From assembly GCA_024679065.1 (NCBI GenBank), contig JAGIQG010000003.1, positions 105,586,001 to 105,650,000 of the forward strand: a stretch of 64,000 nucleotides of DNA, written 5' to 3'. The translations under genes were made by a program, and so were the position numbers. The notes beneath the pieces were generated by a model. The model searched no databases. It saw only the letters and a list, made by a program, of their open reading frames with translations, and was not told where the DNA came from. Every line of letters begins with the position of its first letter. Within the stretch, counting starts at the first letter, position 1. Below are positions 1 to 12,559 of the stretch, piece by piece. This DNA is from Sphyrna mokarran. Its lineage: Eukaryota.

Positions 1-170
1 GTCCCGAATCCTGCCTGAACATCTGAGCTTAATTTAAAGCATACATTCAACTACAACACAAATCCAACATTAACACCGGAGAGAGACCAGAATGACGCCA
101 AGTGGCAGGAAATTACAGACCTATTCATTTCCAGTTGTGCCTCTGTGGCCAACTGAAAATTCAGTCCATA
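1..170. mobile_element. End of a probable Harbinger-type MITE
   Basis: Ends in GAAAATTCAGTCCA, the same terminal motif as GGAAATTTCACTCCA (~18167-18181) and GTAAAATTCACCCCA (~33497-33511). Confidence 0.4.
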
Positions 171-499
171 GAATCTAAACCAAGAAATATAAATTTGAAT
201 ACCAAATTAATTGTAAAATCATGCAGATTTCTGTATTTACTTAGGTTTTGTTGACAATGGAGCCTGTAGTCTGATTTACTCCTTAAAGCACATAGCTTCA
301 CTATTATTTTACCACAAAACCTACACCATTGTATTTATCCATTCTTAATGTCATAAACCAATTTTCTATCCTAGCATTAAATTTTCTGAAAACATTTGCA
401 AAATAATAATTATACTGTTGACTTATTGAACCTTCCCAATCAATTTTGCGTCACATAAAACCTTGAAAATCTCACTAATTTATTTAAAGTTGTGCAGTC

Positions 500-1368
500 A
501 CAATCAGTAAGGATAGGCAATAATACCTCCTTCACCATCATCCTCAACCCTGGTGTCCCACAAGGCTGTGTTCTCAGCCCCCTACTGTACCCCTTATACA
601 CCTATGACTGTGTGGACAAATTCCTCTCCACTTCAATTTTCAAGTTGACGCCACCGAAGTGAGTCGGATCTTAAACAATGATGAGACAGAAATCAGATAA
701 ACGATCTGGTGAACTGGTGCTGCTGCAACAATAATCTCTCCTTCAATGTCAACAAAATGAAAGAGATTGTTATCTATTTCAGGAAGTGTAGAAGAGAACA
801 TGCCCCTGTCTACATCAATGGACAAAGCAGAAAGGGTTGAGATCATCAAGTTTTTAGGTGTCCAGATCACTAACAACATATCCTGGTCCCTCCATGCTGA
901 AACTGTTATTAAGAAAATCCACCAATGCCTCTACTTTCTCAGAAGACAAAGGAAATTTGCTATGCTAGCTATGACTCTCACCAACATTTACAGATGCACC
1001 ATAGGAAACATTCTTTCTGGTTGTGTCACAGCTTGGTATGGCTTCTACCATACAACAAAGGGTCGCCTGGACTCAAAACATCAACTCTTTTCTCTCGTTA
1101 CGTATGCTGCCAGACCTGCTGAGATTTTCTAGCATTTTCTGTTTGAGTTCAAGAACAATTTCTTCCCTGTTGCTGTCAGACTTTTGAATGGATTTACCTT
1201 GCATTAAGTTGATCTTTCTCTACATCCTAGCTATGACTGTAACAATACATTCTGAACTCTCTCATTTCCTTCTCTATGAATGGTATGTTTTGTCTGCATA
1301 GCGCACAAGAAACAATTCTTTTCACTATATTTCATACATGTGACAATAATAAATCAAATCAAATCAAA
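500..1368 (+). mobile_element. Rex/Babar-type LINE, 3' part of RT plus tail (degraded)
   Basis: Decayed GVPQGCVLSPLLY motif near 550-600; ORF 767-1132 has KFLGVQITNNISWSLH...LYFLRR...YRCTIGNILSGCVTAWYG; ends GTGACAATAATAAATC(AAATC)n. Confidence 0.85.
1050..1147 (+). mobile_element. Penelope-like pseudo-LTR fragment inserted in the Rex/Babar LINE
   Basis: AAGGGTC-GCCTG-GACTC-AAAAC...ATGCTGCCAGACCTGCTGAGATTTTCTAGCATTTTCTGTTT matches the right half of the 36571-36770 element. Confidence 0.7.
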
Positions 1369-1399
1369 TGATGTTTCTACGTGTGGGCACTGTTTCTCT

Positions 1400-3300
1400 T
1401 TCAACCATTTCCCTAATATCGTGTAAAAACTTCCAGAAGTTTTAAGTACAAATTGATGCAAATTGTGTTTTCACGATCCTTTGCTCTAGTTATGAAATCA
1501 TTACATCGAAGAAAGTCTTGCCTGGTCTTGAAATGGGCCAAGGCCCCAGGGTGAAATCATCATTGGTAGTTTCTGCTAACTATACTTGTTTACAGTCCTT
1601 CGAGCAGTCTTTAAACTTTAAGCTGGAACATTTCAGTGCAAAGACACTGTTCAATACATTTTCAAAAATTAAAGATTTTTAAATGTAATTTCAAAAAAAT
1701 ACAAAGGAACTCATTACTGCCAGAAAATACCAAGAAAATAGTTTTGTATATTTTTAAAAAGTAGTTTCCAATAAAATAAAATAAAGTTAGTGGTGGACTG
1801 ATACTGTCTAAAATTTTTTGTATTTTGGCGATGCACTTTTTTTCCACTGCATTAATTAAACTATACCAAACACTGTTAAGTATATCAGGAACATTTGTTG
1901 AGGTTTTTTTTTTAAAAAAATTGCATTTTAAAACACTTGTGCTCATTCCTGGCAGATTTTGCATTCAGGTGATATTCCAAATCGAGCTTGAGCAAAAACC
2001 TGAGAAGAAACCACTTTGCAAAATGAGAGAAATTTTGAATACAAGTTATGCTAGAAAAGTTGAGTTCCTTCAAAGCAGAAACATTTCCTCATTATCTTTA
2101 ATGATAACCAGTTAATTATGCAATTGTTCACATTCTCATAAGACTTTGTGTTGACATAAATATAGAGGTTAATCAAGAGAGATCTAATGTTCTATGCAAA
2201 TACGGCTTAAGTTTTATATTGAAATTCAATATTATGATAATATAAAGTTTTTATTGCTCAGGCTCAGAAGAGCTGGTACAACATAGAAGAAGGAGATTGA
2301 TGGGGATGAAAAGCTTGACCAACCCGTAAATGAGAAGCTCTGCTAAAATTGTCACAGAGAAGACTGATTATCGGTCAAATCTAATCAGGCCAGATATAAA
2401 AATCCCAGATCCTAATAATAGACAGAAGATAACTTTGCATGGTTATAATTATAATTAGACTCATTATATTAGACGAAGAAAGGTGCTCACAACATCAGTG
2501 TCTTGAACTGACAGACATGACCATAATTCCACCAACCTTTTCTAATGAATGGATGACAAACTTTGGTAACTTTCAAGATTAGCAACAAACACATCTCTAC
2601 CAGTTTTCCAATATTTGATGAGTGAGGCTTCATTTACGTTATGATATGCAAGAATATATCCCAATCCATGTGGCAAGAGGAGCAACATTATAATAATAAT
2701 TTATCACTGACTACGATCAACAAACCACAGTGTTTCACAAGGCCTTATCCACACAAACTCACGACAAACACAATTTGGAGCATAAGACTTGGCCCTTCGA
2801 TCTGCTCCGCCAATAATTAAATAACTAATCATTAAATTGGGTTAGTTTTGCATTGTTGTACACAAAGAAACTTAAAAACTTGACTGCGATTTTTAAAACC
2901 ATCAGGATACTTTCAACTCTTCTCTCATATTGAGAAGGGCAACATAGTAAGCTGGATTTGTTCTGGAAATCATTTTGTCCAGAGGCACAGCAAATTCAGC
3001 AATCTTCACTGCACAAATGAAGCAATTTACCATGATACCAATTGAGCCAACATGTTATCTCCATCCTGCAATTCAATCCAGTACATTGTCACCTTTTTCC
3101 AATCCAATTGACTTCAATATCTCCTATTATTTTTACCTGATATCAATCATGCTGACTGTCACAAATAACAAAAGTTGCTGGCCAAATATAATCATCCACT
3201 TTTCACACCAATCAGACACTGAGGTGTCCGTCAATGAACAATGTGATCAAAGTTTTAAGAAAAACATAACAGCAAATCCATCACTGGAAGAAAAAAGTGA
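1400..3300 (-). pseudogene. Possible very old hAT-type transposase remnant
   Basis: Weak minus-strand similarity only: EILKSIGLEK / DGDNMLA near 3050-3125 and a PIS...FF.VM segment near 1490-1540; many stops. Confidence 0.2.
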
Positions 3301-4569
3301 TAGATATTTATTACTCAGGTTATTACAACGGTTTATCTTGTATATTTCACTCAAGAATCACATTATACTGCAGTGAAGCCTTGTCATTTCACAATTAGTC
3401 ACATTTCTGGCTGGCAAAATGCCCATAGCTTGATTCCGTTGTATAGTTTTCAAAGTTATAAGGGTAACATTGCTAAAGATTGTGAAGGTCCCACATTTAA
3501 AGATATGCAAACATGTTTTCCTCTGGCCAATGGATTCAACAAAGCTTGATGGTGAAACCTGGGTGGAGCTGGGGAAGAAAACAGGACAGGGAACACCCTG
3601 CTAGCAAACATTGCATCAGGGATTTTTCAATGACTGTGATACAAGTATCAAATATGGGCAGGTATAATAATAGGAAGCAAGTGACGAGATGGCAAATGAT
3701 GCATTTTGTATAAAGTATGCTATAGCCATACTGGGCGCAAAGGATTAAGCAAAGCGTGATTCTAAAAAGATCCTGTCAACTATATCAGCTGACCCTGATA
3801 CACTTGATGCATCTGTCAATGACCTGTCATTTGCATTGCTCTGTCACTTGCATGCACCAAGAATTCCTTTTCCCTTCATTTTTCCTGGCTCTTTGTAGTC
3901 CCTTGTTCTTCAGCTTTGGCAGAGAAAGTGGGTTGAGATGCCTTTTGACATTTAAAAGCTTTCAGATATTAAGGCACTCCCTTTGTTTGTCCCCGTCCTT
4001 TTAAAGTCCCTTAATTTTCAATTACATGCAACTTTCCACTCGCACCACAATTCTAACATCTGTCTAAAACTGCACCTGAAGCTATGCTAATGAGTTGACA
4101 AGGGTAAATTCTCACACTTCCATTTAGAGCTATCAGAAATCCAGCATTATGCCAAAAGCAGGGTAGCTAGCTCATAGAATCTAAAGCAGCGAAGCAGCAA
4201 ATAGTCAGTTCTATCTGGATATTAATATGTTTCTTTGTTGAAAGGATTATTAAAAACATACATTTTTGATTGTGTCCATCACAAACATATCAGTGACAGG
4301 GCATAAAAGGAGAGCTAAACATAACATCTTGTGGAAGTAAGGTAACCAAGTGTAACAGGAAATAGGACTTTTTGTGCCTTAAAGGAAATTACAAAGAGGC
4401 ACATATGCATTGTCCATAGGTAGAGCTAAATACAGTAAAAATCCTATTGTGTCTTGACAAAGCAATAAGATATGAAGCATAAGCAATTACTAAGTGATGC
4501 TAAAGGCCATGGTTCCCTACTGGAATTCATGTGGAATAAATAAATTAAATGACACAGAATCAGAACAAT

Positions 4570-5150
4570 AATAACTTGCAGTTATAAATTGCATCTAACA
4601 TAGCATGATGTCTTAAGATATGTCACAGAAGCATAATCAGTCAAGGATGGATGTCAAGCCAAAGGAACAAATATTAGGAGCAGCAACAGAAGGCTTGGCA
4701 AGAGACATGGGTTTTAAGAGAGATCTTAAAGGGGCAGAGGAAAGTGAAGGAAGTGGAGAGACTGAGACAAATAGAGACTAAGTAGCTGAAGCATGCCATC
4801 AAAACTGAAAGAGTGAAGAGATCAGGGAGAGATGAAGCTGATTGCTGGGATGAGGGGATTTAGGGGTGGGGTGCAAGACAATGAAGAAATTTAAACTCAA
4901 TTATACAAATTTTGTCATTTGAAATATTTGGGGGCCGGATAATATAAATCCGCAAGAAGGGACAAGATGGGTGAGGAGGGTTTGATGCTGGGTTGGGGAT
5001 GCTGGCAGAATTTTGGACAACCTAAATTTACAGGGGTGAAGGATAGAAAAGTAGCCAGGAGATAACTGAAATGGTTAAATCTAGAGGTGACAAAGATGTG
5101 GATAAGGGTTTCAGTTGCAGATGAGCTAAAACAGAATGAAGACAAATACT
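4570..5150 (-). mobile_element. L2 LINE 3' fragment
   Basis: ORF 4915-5145 SSSATETLIHIFVTSRFNHFSYLLA resembles the L2 ETLIHAFVTSRLDYSNALL motif; L2-like 3' UTR near 4570-4640. Confidence 0.75.
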
Positions 5151-6479
5151 ATTACAAACGTGTTCATCAGTTTAATATGAAAAACGCAAACATTGAGTAT
5201 GTTAAATACAGTTCATATTGTACTGGGTTATTTAGCAAATAGAAAAGGAAACAGTCTTCTGCACAATAGCTATGGGTGGGACTCTGTTGAGCAACCAAGC
5301 ATCTCATTCGCTGGTCAGAGAACAAGTAAGGAAGCCCTATTAATTCCGTGGGAGGTGCTTGACAGAATCAAGTGTCCTTCAGGCACTTAAGCAATCACTA
5401 TTCAACCCTGCTCCAATTGTAATCCCCAGCAGTGGAAGTCCTTTAATTGAAAGCTTCTAATCGATCAGAGAGGAGGAGCTCCTTATATCACTAGTGCCAA
5501 CAATGGTGCCAGCTGGTGCTATAAGTCCAAGAACTTGTGGACACTGTAAGTCCAAGGTCATCGTGGGACCCCAGAGCAAAGGTGAGTGAGTGAAGATGGG
5601 ATGGGGATTGGGGGCTGGGATTTGCAGGGGAGAATGGGGGTGGGAGACTTTAGAGAGCTGTCCCACTCCTGCCTTCTCAACTTGAGGGGATTTGCAAGAT
5701 GGCCCGCAGAAGGCATAGGAAAGCTATGCAACCCCCATTTTCTCTCTGAGGCATCACTAAACTGCAGTGGACAGAAAGATAATGATAGTCCATTGGCTTA
5801 GACATCCCGATGTCAGCAATCAGAATCCTGTGCCAGCACCTTCCACCTTGCAACTTAGTGAGGGGAGGTTTCACTGCCATCCTAGACTGACTCAGAGCCT
5901 CTCCCACAATTAATAAACTATTGTTTGTTATAATAAACACAAGCCTTTAGAAATCTAACACATCTAGACTGCTGTGTCTCACTGAGAGATCTGGTGGTTT
6001 GCATTGTTGCAAACAACTCATATACTTATGAGTTACATAACAACTCATATACTTTATATACATCTCCAAGATCTAGCCCTACGTGACTGTTGTCTTCATG
6101 CTGACTGCTTCCAGATTCTTCAACCCACAGTCTACTATCATGTGACTCTCTACATCATTCCATGTATAGTACTGTTCCCCCAGTCCCACATTAACCCTTG
6201 CTTTGTCCAAAAACCTATACACTAAAATTAGTGTTTTGGAGAGTACTCGCTAGAGCTGCAAAAAGTGCTTTTGCCCCATCTATCATCACCGAGTTAGACA
6301 GCGGCAGCAAACAGCAATGTTCTTGAGTTTACAAACCATAGAATAATGAGCCTCACCTCTATTGTAGAAACCTTTCAAAAACGTTCATGTAAATGTAGAA
6401 TTTCCTTGTTTCTTCTGAAGCAACGATTATTGGTTACTAAGCAACTGTGGGCCAGTGCGACTTCAAATAATTCCTAAAA

Positions 6480-6905
6480 GCCATTATGTAGCCTACATCA
6501 TCCATAGGAGACATAAACACAGCACTTTATATAGCCTCCCATCCACTGACTCTGTCTACACTTCCTGCTGCCTTGGAAAAGCAGACAATATAATCAAGGA
6601 CCCTATGCATCTCGGAGATACTCTTTCAATTGGAGAAAAGATACAAAAGCCTGAGATCACATACCAATAGACTCAAGAACAGTTTCTTCCCTTCTGCCAT
6701 CAGACTTTTGCATGAAACTATCATATTAAGCTGATTTTTCTCTACACCCTTGCTATGAATGTAACACTACATTCTGCATCCTCTCCTTTCCTGCTCTCCT
6801 ATGTACTCTATGAACATTATTTTTTGTCTACATAGCACACAAGAAACAATACTTCCCACTGTATCCCAATACGTGACAATAATAAATCAAATCAAATCGA
6901 AATCA
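6480..6905 (+). mobile_element. Rex/Babar-type LINE 3' fragment
   Basis: 3' UTR nearly parallel to 1150-1368; tail GTGACAATAATAAATCAAATCAAATCGAAATC. Confidence 0.85.
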
Positions 6906-7049
6906 AGCTATGTTTGTTTTAAACATTTCAGGTATCCTGTAATCTTATCTGATAGAGATTTATTAAATCAGGAAATGAAGCGATGGTTTGAGTCAGGATT
7001 GCTGTATGAATGAATGCTTTCTAATTGACTGGAAATTACAAAACATGAG

Positions 7050-7340
7050 GGAAGCTTTTATGGTGCAGTGGGTAACATCCCTGCCTCTTAGCTAGGAGCT
7101 CTGGCTTCAAGCCCCAGCTCAGGACTTGATGGTCGAGGATGAGGCATTCATAATGGTCAAACAGGTCGAGCGTCAACCTGCAAAATTTTTCTAACATGCG
7201 CAGGTGGTAAAAGCGGGAGAGACTCCTGGTCAGCCATGCTTGATGTGGAGTGATGCCCCTCAAGCTGTAGGCCCCTGACGAACAGCTAATGATCTACTCC
7301 AAGAAAAATCTCCCTATGGAAAAAGATGAAAATCTGCTTT
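7050..7340 (+). mobile_element. tRNA-derived SINE (family distinct from HE1)
   Basis: A-box-like TGGTGCAGTGG and B-box-like GCTTCAAGCCC; body AGGACTTGATGG...CATTCATAATG..CAAACAGG shared with 47555-47757 and 42098-42195. Confidence 0.7.
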
Positions 7341-8119
7341 GTGCACTACTAATTGCAGGAAGAGAAACAATAAGGAGCCGCAATTTCATACACTGGATGA
7401 AACAGCAGAACCTGGTCGGTGTCTGGTGTTAATTTGAAAGGTGGAATGCCCCACCTAGTGGTTTAACCATGAAATAAACATGAAAAGTATTGCTATTATT
7501 AAACTTCCCAAATTCAAAGTCACAATCAGAGAGAAATAGAACGCAAGCGGCATCGATGCTACTAAGTCAAAAATCACTAAAATTGAAATTATAGATCATT
7601 TTCTCTTTCAGAAAACAGCCCTTTATATATAGTTAAGTACAAATGCACCCTCTGCTGATCTAAGTTGGAATGACACTACAAATGCTGTTTACAAAAGGGA
7701 TATTTTATATTGTATTAAAAATCTAGGACAAAAGCAAGGATGGTTTAGCAAGATAATGCCTGTAATTTCCACTCATTATTTTTGCACAACATCCATAAAG
7801 AACTTGGCAGTGTGTTTCTGTAATAATGGCATGGAAGTATGGTTTGATGAAAGGAAAAATTGCAAAGGTAGTTTTCTGATTACACATTCTTGGAGTTACT
7901 TATTAGAGATTTTGGGCATTAACTCAACTTAAATACTGAGGAAACATGTGCTGCATATACCAAAAACTTCAAGAGGAACTCCTAGCAGGCAGGGTTGTAA
8001 ACGCTGCAGTGCACAGCATTTGGTAAAGGAATATTTTCCTTTTCACTGTAACTTTTCGTTAGGCTGCAGACCACCCGTGCTATGCCCCACCTCCATCCTT
8101 TCTGCTGGCTTTGTGCAGA

Positions 8120-8995
8120 GTTACAGTCCAAGATGAGTGTGATTATTTAAACCACCCATGACTCTTTCTTGCCCTTACACCACCACCCGTTCAGGTGACG
8201 GCACTCGGGAATTTGAAAGGAGAAAGGCACAAAGGTAGGGTTGTGATGAAGGGAAAAGAGGAAAGGCAGAGTTTCCTGCTTGCATCAAATGCAGCTTGCT
8301 GATGTGAAATATATGTGGGATGAGGAAAAGTGGGATATGGGAGGGAACAGTATGAGAATACCGTCACCCTCTATTGGTTTTAGCTCCACTGCTGGTCTCA
8401 GCAATGGCTGCTCCAATTATGGTGAGCATCATCTTCTCAATGGGGTGATGGACATACAGCCATGTCCGTCCCTCACCTGTGAGAACTGCTACCATTTTGT
8501 CTGAAGTATGTCATGTGCATGGTGCAATGTTGTCGTTGAATAGCTGTCAATGTGCACAAGTTGAGGGTATGTGTGTGTGTGAGGTTTACAGCAGAGGTAA
8601 GTGTGTGAGGGTGAGGTGAAGCAATGAGTATTAGGCATGAAATGTGATTGAGAATGATTATTGCAAGGTGAGTGATGGGTGTGGTGCACCGAGCACTGTG
8701 TGCGACTGGTGGTGCAGTGGTGTAAAATATGGCATTTAGATACGTTCACTGATCCTGACCACTTACGTCAGAACCTGTTACAGCATTGCATCCAAGTCCT
8801 TGGGGTTTGATTTCTTGCAGTGATTGCCACAGGTCCCATTGCCTTGCATGTTTGTCTGGAGGGCCTCCTGGCTCACTGAGGACAGATCACACCTCTCCCC
8901 TCTCTATCCACCTCTCCCCTCTCCCCTCTCCATCTCCTGCATCGAAGCCTCTGGTACAACAGTGGAAAATCTTGGAGCCCAGTCTCTGCCATGTT
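8120..8995 (-). mobile_element. Harbinger-type element remnant with Myb/SANT-like ORF fragment
   Basis: Minus strand 8995-8770 reads GRDWAPRFSTVVPEASMQEMER...ARNQTPRTWMQCCNRF, resembling the APRFS...PRTW.QCRK.FNDL Myb/SANT-like motif of Harbinger accessory proteins. Confidence 0.65.
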
Positions 8996-9242
8996 GTACT
9001 ATTTTGTGTTCCCTACAATAAGATCATTTCAGAATAACTTCCAGCACCTTCTCAGGCCAGAATGTTCCTCCCATGTAAAAAGTATTACCATCACTAAATG
9101 TGCCAAGGTCCTGGGAGTTCCCACTGAGCAGAACTTTAATTGGACTAGCCATTTAAATGTGTGGCTACTCACACAAGTCAGAGATTGAGAATCTTGTGAC
9201 CAGAAACTCAACTCCTACTTCTCAAAATTTGTCCAGTCTACA

Positions 9243-9548
9243 TTTTATTATTTATTTTATTATTTGGCGTCACAAGTAGTCTTATATTAACACTGCAATG
9301 AAATTACAGTGAAAATCCCTAGTTGCCAGTCTCTGGTGCCAACTTGGGTACGCTGAGGGTGAATTTAGCATGACCAACGCACCTAGCTAGCACGTCTTTT
9401 GGGCTTGGGAGGAAACTGAAACACCCAGAACAACCCCGTGCAGACACGGAGAACTTGCAGACTCAGAACAGACAGTGACCCAAGCCAGGAATCAATCCTG
9501 GGGCCCTGTGAGGCAGCAGTGCTAACCACTATGCCATCATGCTGCCCA
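9243..9548 (-). mobile_element. V-SINE (HE1-related head and core, alternative 3' tail)
   Basis: tRNA head GGGCAGCATGATGGCATAGTGGTTAGCACTGCTGCCTCACAG, V-type core, tail ...GCAGTGTTAATATAAGACTACTTGTGAC followed by A-rich repeats. Confidence 0.85.
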
Positions 9549-10067
9549 ATAGAATACTGACTTGTCTGAATGAATACAGCTCCAACAACAGATAAGTAGT
9601 TCAACACCAGCTGTCATTCACTCCCTCCATCACAGTGCAGCATGGCTTTCCTCTGACCCAGATATCTAGCAGACATTTAGGGCAGTATTTTCTGCTTGTG
9701 TTAATTTGACCTGTGTGAACTGATATGTAGGACAGGTAGAAAGGATTTCCTTTGTTATTTTTGCTGTTGAGTTTCACTAAATTAAAAATAAATTCTGTTT
9801 AACCAGCTATGAATAGTTGAAATCATAAGCAGCTCCATCTTGTAAAACTATGGTTTGTGTGAAGTGCAGGAACTGAAAATTTGGATTCCCTAACAGAGAA
9901 TTTAAGCAATGACATGATAATACTTCTAACCTTTTCATAATAATGTTTAAAAAATTCTAAGATGTTAGCATGTGAGGATAGGTATTCCAATGCCAGCTAT
10001 GTTTCTCATTTAACAGGATATAGAGAGTAGCGTCTAAGATTTGATACACTCATCAACAAAAATTGAG

Positions 10068-10262
10068 CGCAGTAAGAAGTCTCACAATACCAGGTTAAAA
10101 TCCAACAGGTTTATTTTGTATTATGAGCTTTCGGAAAGCCGCTCCTCCACTTGATGAAAGAGCAGCGCTCTAAAAGCTTGTGACACCGATATACCAGTTG
10201 GACTTTAACCTGGTGTTGTGAGACTTCTTACTTAGTCCAACACCGGCAATCCAACATTTTGG
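10068..10262 (+). mobile_element. Short palindromic Penelope-derived insertion with decayed hammerhead core
   Basis: Inverted arms AGTAAGAAGTCTCACAATACCAGGTTAAAATCCAAC / GTTGGACTTTAACCTGGTGTTGTGAGACTTCTTACT; core TTGATGA-A-AGAGC-AGC-GCTCT-AAAA-GCTT; degenerate 14-bp flanking direct repeat (10054-10067 / 10263-10276). Confidence 0.8.
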
Positions 10263-10533
10263 CAGCAAAAGTTGAGAACTGGCGTTTCACAAGGATCGAC
10301 ACTGGACTCAATAATCAGAATTAAAACTTCAATATTTGTGAGCAATGCCAAATTGTGTCTGGGGTGGGGGGGAGGGGCAAGGTTTAGTAACTCAGAAAGA
10401 ATAAGACATTGTTTATCTGTGTTTCCTTATACTTTCAAAATTGCCATTTAATCAGCAAATCAGCTTAAATGTAAATAAGTACGAAGTGATACACTTTGAT
10501 AAGAAAAACGAAAATGCCGCAGACTGGTCATTA

Positions 10534-10864
10534 ACATAGAACATAAAACATTACAGCACAGTACAGGCCCTTCGGCCCTCAATGTTGCGCCAATTTGTGA
10601 AACCAAATTAAAGCCCATCTAACCTACACTATTCCAGTATCATCCATATGTTTATCCAATGACTATTTAAATACTCTTAATATTGGCGAGTCCACGATTG
10701 TTGCAGGCAGGACATTTCACGCTCTTACTGCTATCTGAGTAAAGAACCTATCTCTGACATCTGATCTATATACATCACCCCTCAATTTAAAGTTATGTCC
10801 CCTCATGCTAGCCATTGCCACCTGAGGAAAAACATCCTAACTATCCATCCTATCTAATCTTGTG
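10534..10864 (-). mobile_element. CR1 LINE 3' end (older copy, continues at 12560)
   Basis: CR1 3' motif GGGCCGAAGGGCCTGTACTGTGCTGTAATG plus TTCTATG-type tail on the minus strand. Confidence 0.85.
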
Positions 10865-12555
10865 ATAGAACATAGAACATTACAGTGCAGAACAGGCCCT
10901 TCGGCCTTCGATGTTGCGCCGACTAATTGTGAAAAAAGCAATATCCCTCCAAACTAAACCATTCCCTTCTCTTCCATAAACTTATCAACTAACCTCTTAA
11001 ACGCCACCAAACTTGGTGCATCTACAAATGCCGCAGGCAGGGCATTCCACTCCCTAACCACCCTCTGGGTAAAGAACCTACCTCTGATATCCGTCCTATA
11101 ACTATCACCCCTTATTTTAAAGCTGTGTCCCCTCGTGCTAGCTTTCTCCATCCTAGGAAAAAGGCTATCACTGTCCACCCTATCTAAACCTCTAATCATC
11201 TTATATGTTTCAATAAGATCCCCTCTTAGCCGCCTCCTTTTTAACGAAAACAACCTCAAATCCTTCAACCTCTCTTCATAGGACCTGCCCTCCATACCAG
11301 GCAACATCCTGGTAAACCTCCTCTGTACCCTCTCCAATGCGTCCACATCTTTCTTATAATGTGGGGACCAGAACTGCACACAATACTCCAAGTGCGGCCG
11401 CACTAGAGTTTTGTACAGTTGCAACATGACGTTGCGGCTCCGAAATTCAATCCCCTACCAATAAAAGCTAAGACTCCATATGCCTTCTTAACAACCTTAT
11501 CGACTTGACTGCCTAGTTTCAGGGATCTATGCACAAATACACCAAGATCCCTCTGTTCATCAACACTATTAAGAATCCTACCATTAGCCCTATACTCTAC
11601 ACATTTATTATTCCTGCCAAAGTGCATTACCTCACACTTTTCCACAGTAAACTCCATTTGCCACCTCTCGGCCCAGCTCTGCAACTTGTCCAAGTCACTC
11701 TGTAAACTATAACACCCCTCTTCACTATCTACCACTCCACCGAATTTAGTGTCATCTGCAAATTTACTGATCCATCCCTCAATACCCTCATCCAGATCAT
11801 TTATAAAATTACAAACAGCAGGGGCCCCAAAACAGACCCCTGAGGCACACCACTCGTCACCGAACTCCACGATGAATATCTCCCATCAACCACCACCCTC
11901 TGTCTTCTATCTGCCAGCCAATTCCTAATCCAATTAGCTAAAACACCCTCTATCCCACACATCTGCATTTTCTGCAGAAGCCTTCCATGGGACACCTTAT
12001 CGAACGCCTTACTAAACTCCATATATACCACATCAACCGCCTTACCCCCATCCACCTCTTTGGTCACTTTTTCAAAAAACTCAATAAGGTTAGTAAGGCA
12101 CGACCTACCCTTCACAAAACCATGCTGGCTATCCCCAATCAATTCATTTCTCTCTAAATAACTAAGTCCTGTCCCTAATAATTCTCTCCAATACTTTGCC
12201 CACAACAGAAGTAAGACTCACTGGCCTATAATTCCCTAGAAAGTCTCTCTTCCCCTTCTTGAACAATGGGACCACATTCGCTATCCTCCAGTCCTCCGGA
12301 ACCACACCCGTAACCAACGACGACCTGAAGATCAGAGCCAGAGGCTCTGCAATCGCCTCTCTTGCCTCCCAGAGAATCCTAGGGTAAATCCCGTCCGGCC
12401 CAGGGGACTTATCTAACTTCAAACCCTCAAGAATATCTAGCACATCCTCCCTATCTACTTCAATACTTTCCAGTTTGCAACCCTGTACCCCAGTGTTCTC
12501 CACAACTACGTTTACATCTCCCTGCATGAATACCAAAGAGAAATATTTGTTCAGT
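10865..12555 (-). mobile_element. Young 5'-truncated CR1 LINE (ORF2 RT, frameshifted), nested in an older CR1
   Basis: Overlapping ORFs 12536-10954 carry [53 protein letters not shown]; intact tail. Confidence 0.95.
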
Positions 12556-12559
12556 GCCT

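Noticed and set aside
121-174. Minus-strand 54-nt exon candidate (FYGLNFQLATEAQLEMNR)
   Set aside because: Weak donor (GTCTGT), unrecognised peptide, and it overlaps a MITE-like terminal repeat.
7448-7462. CTCF-like CCACTAGGTGGGGC on the minus strand
   Set aside because: Mismatch at a conserved core C and no other support.
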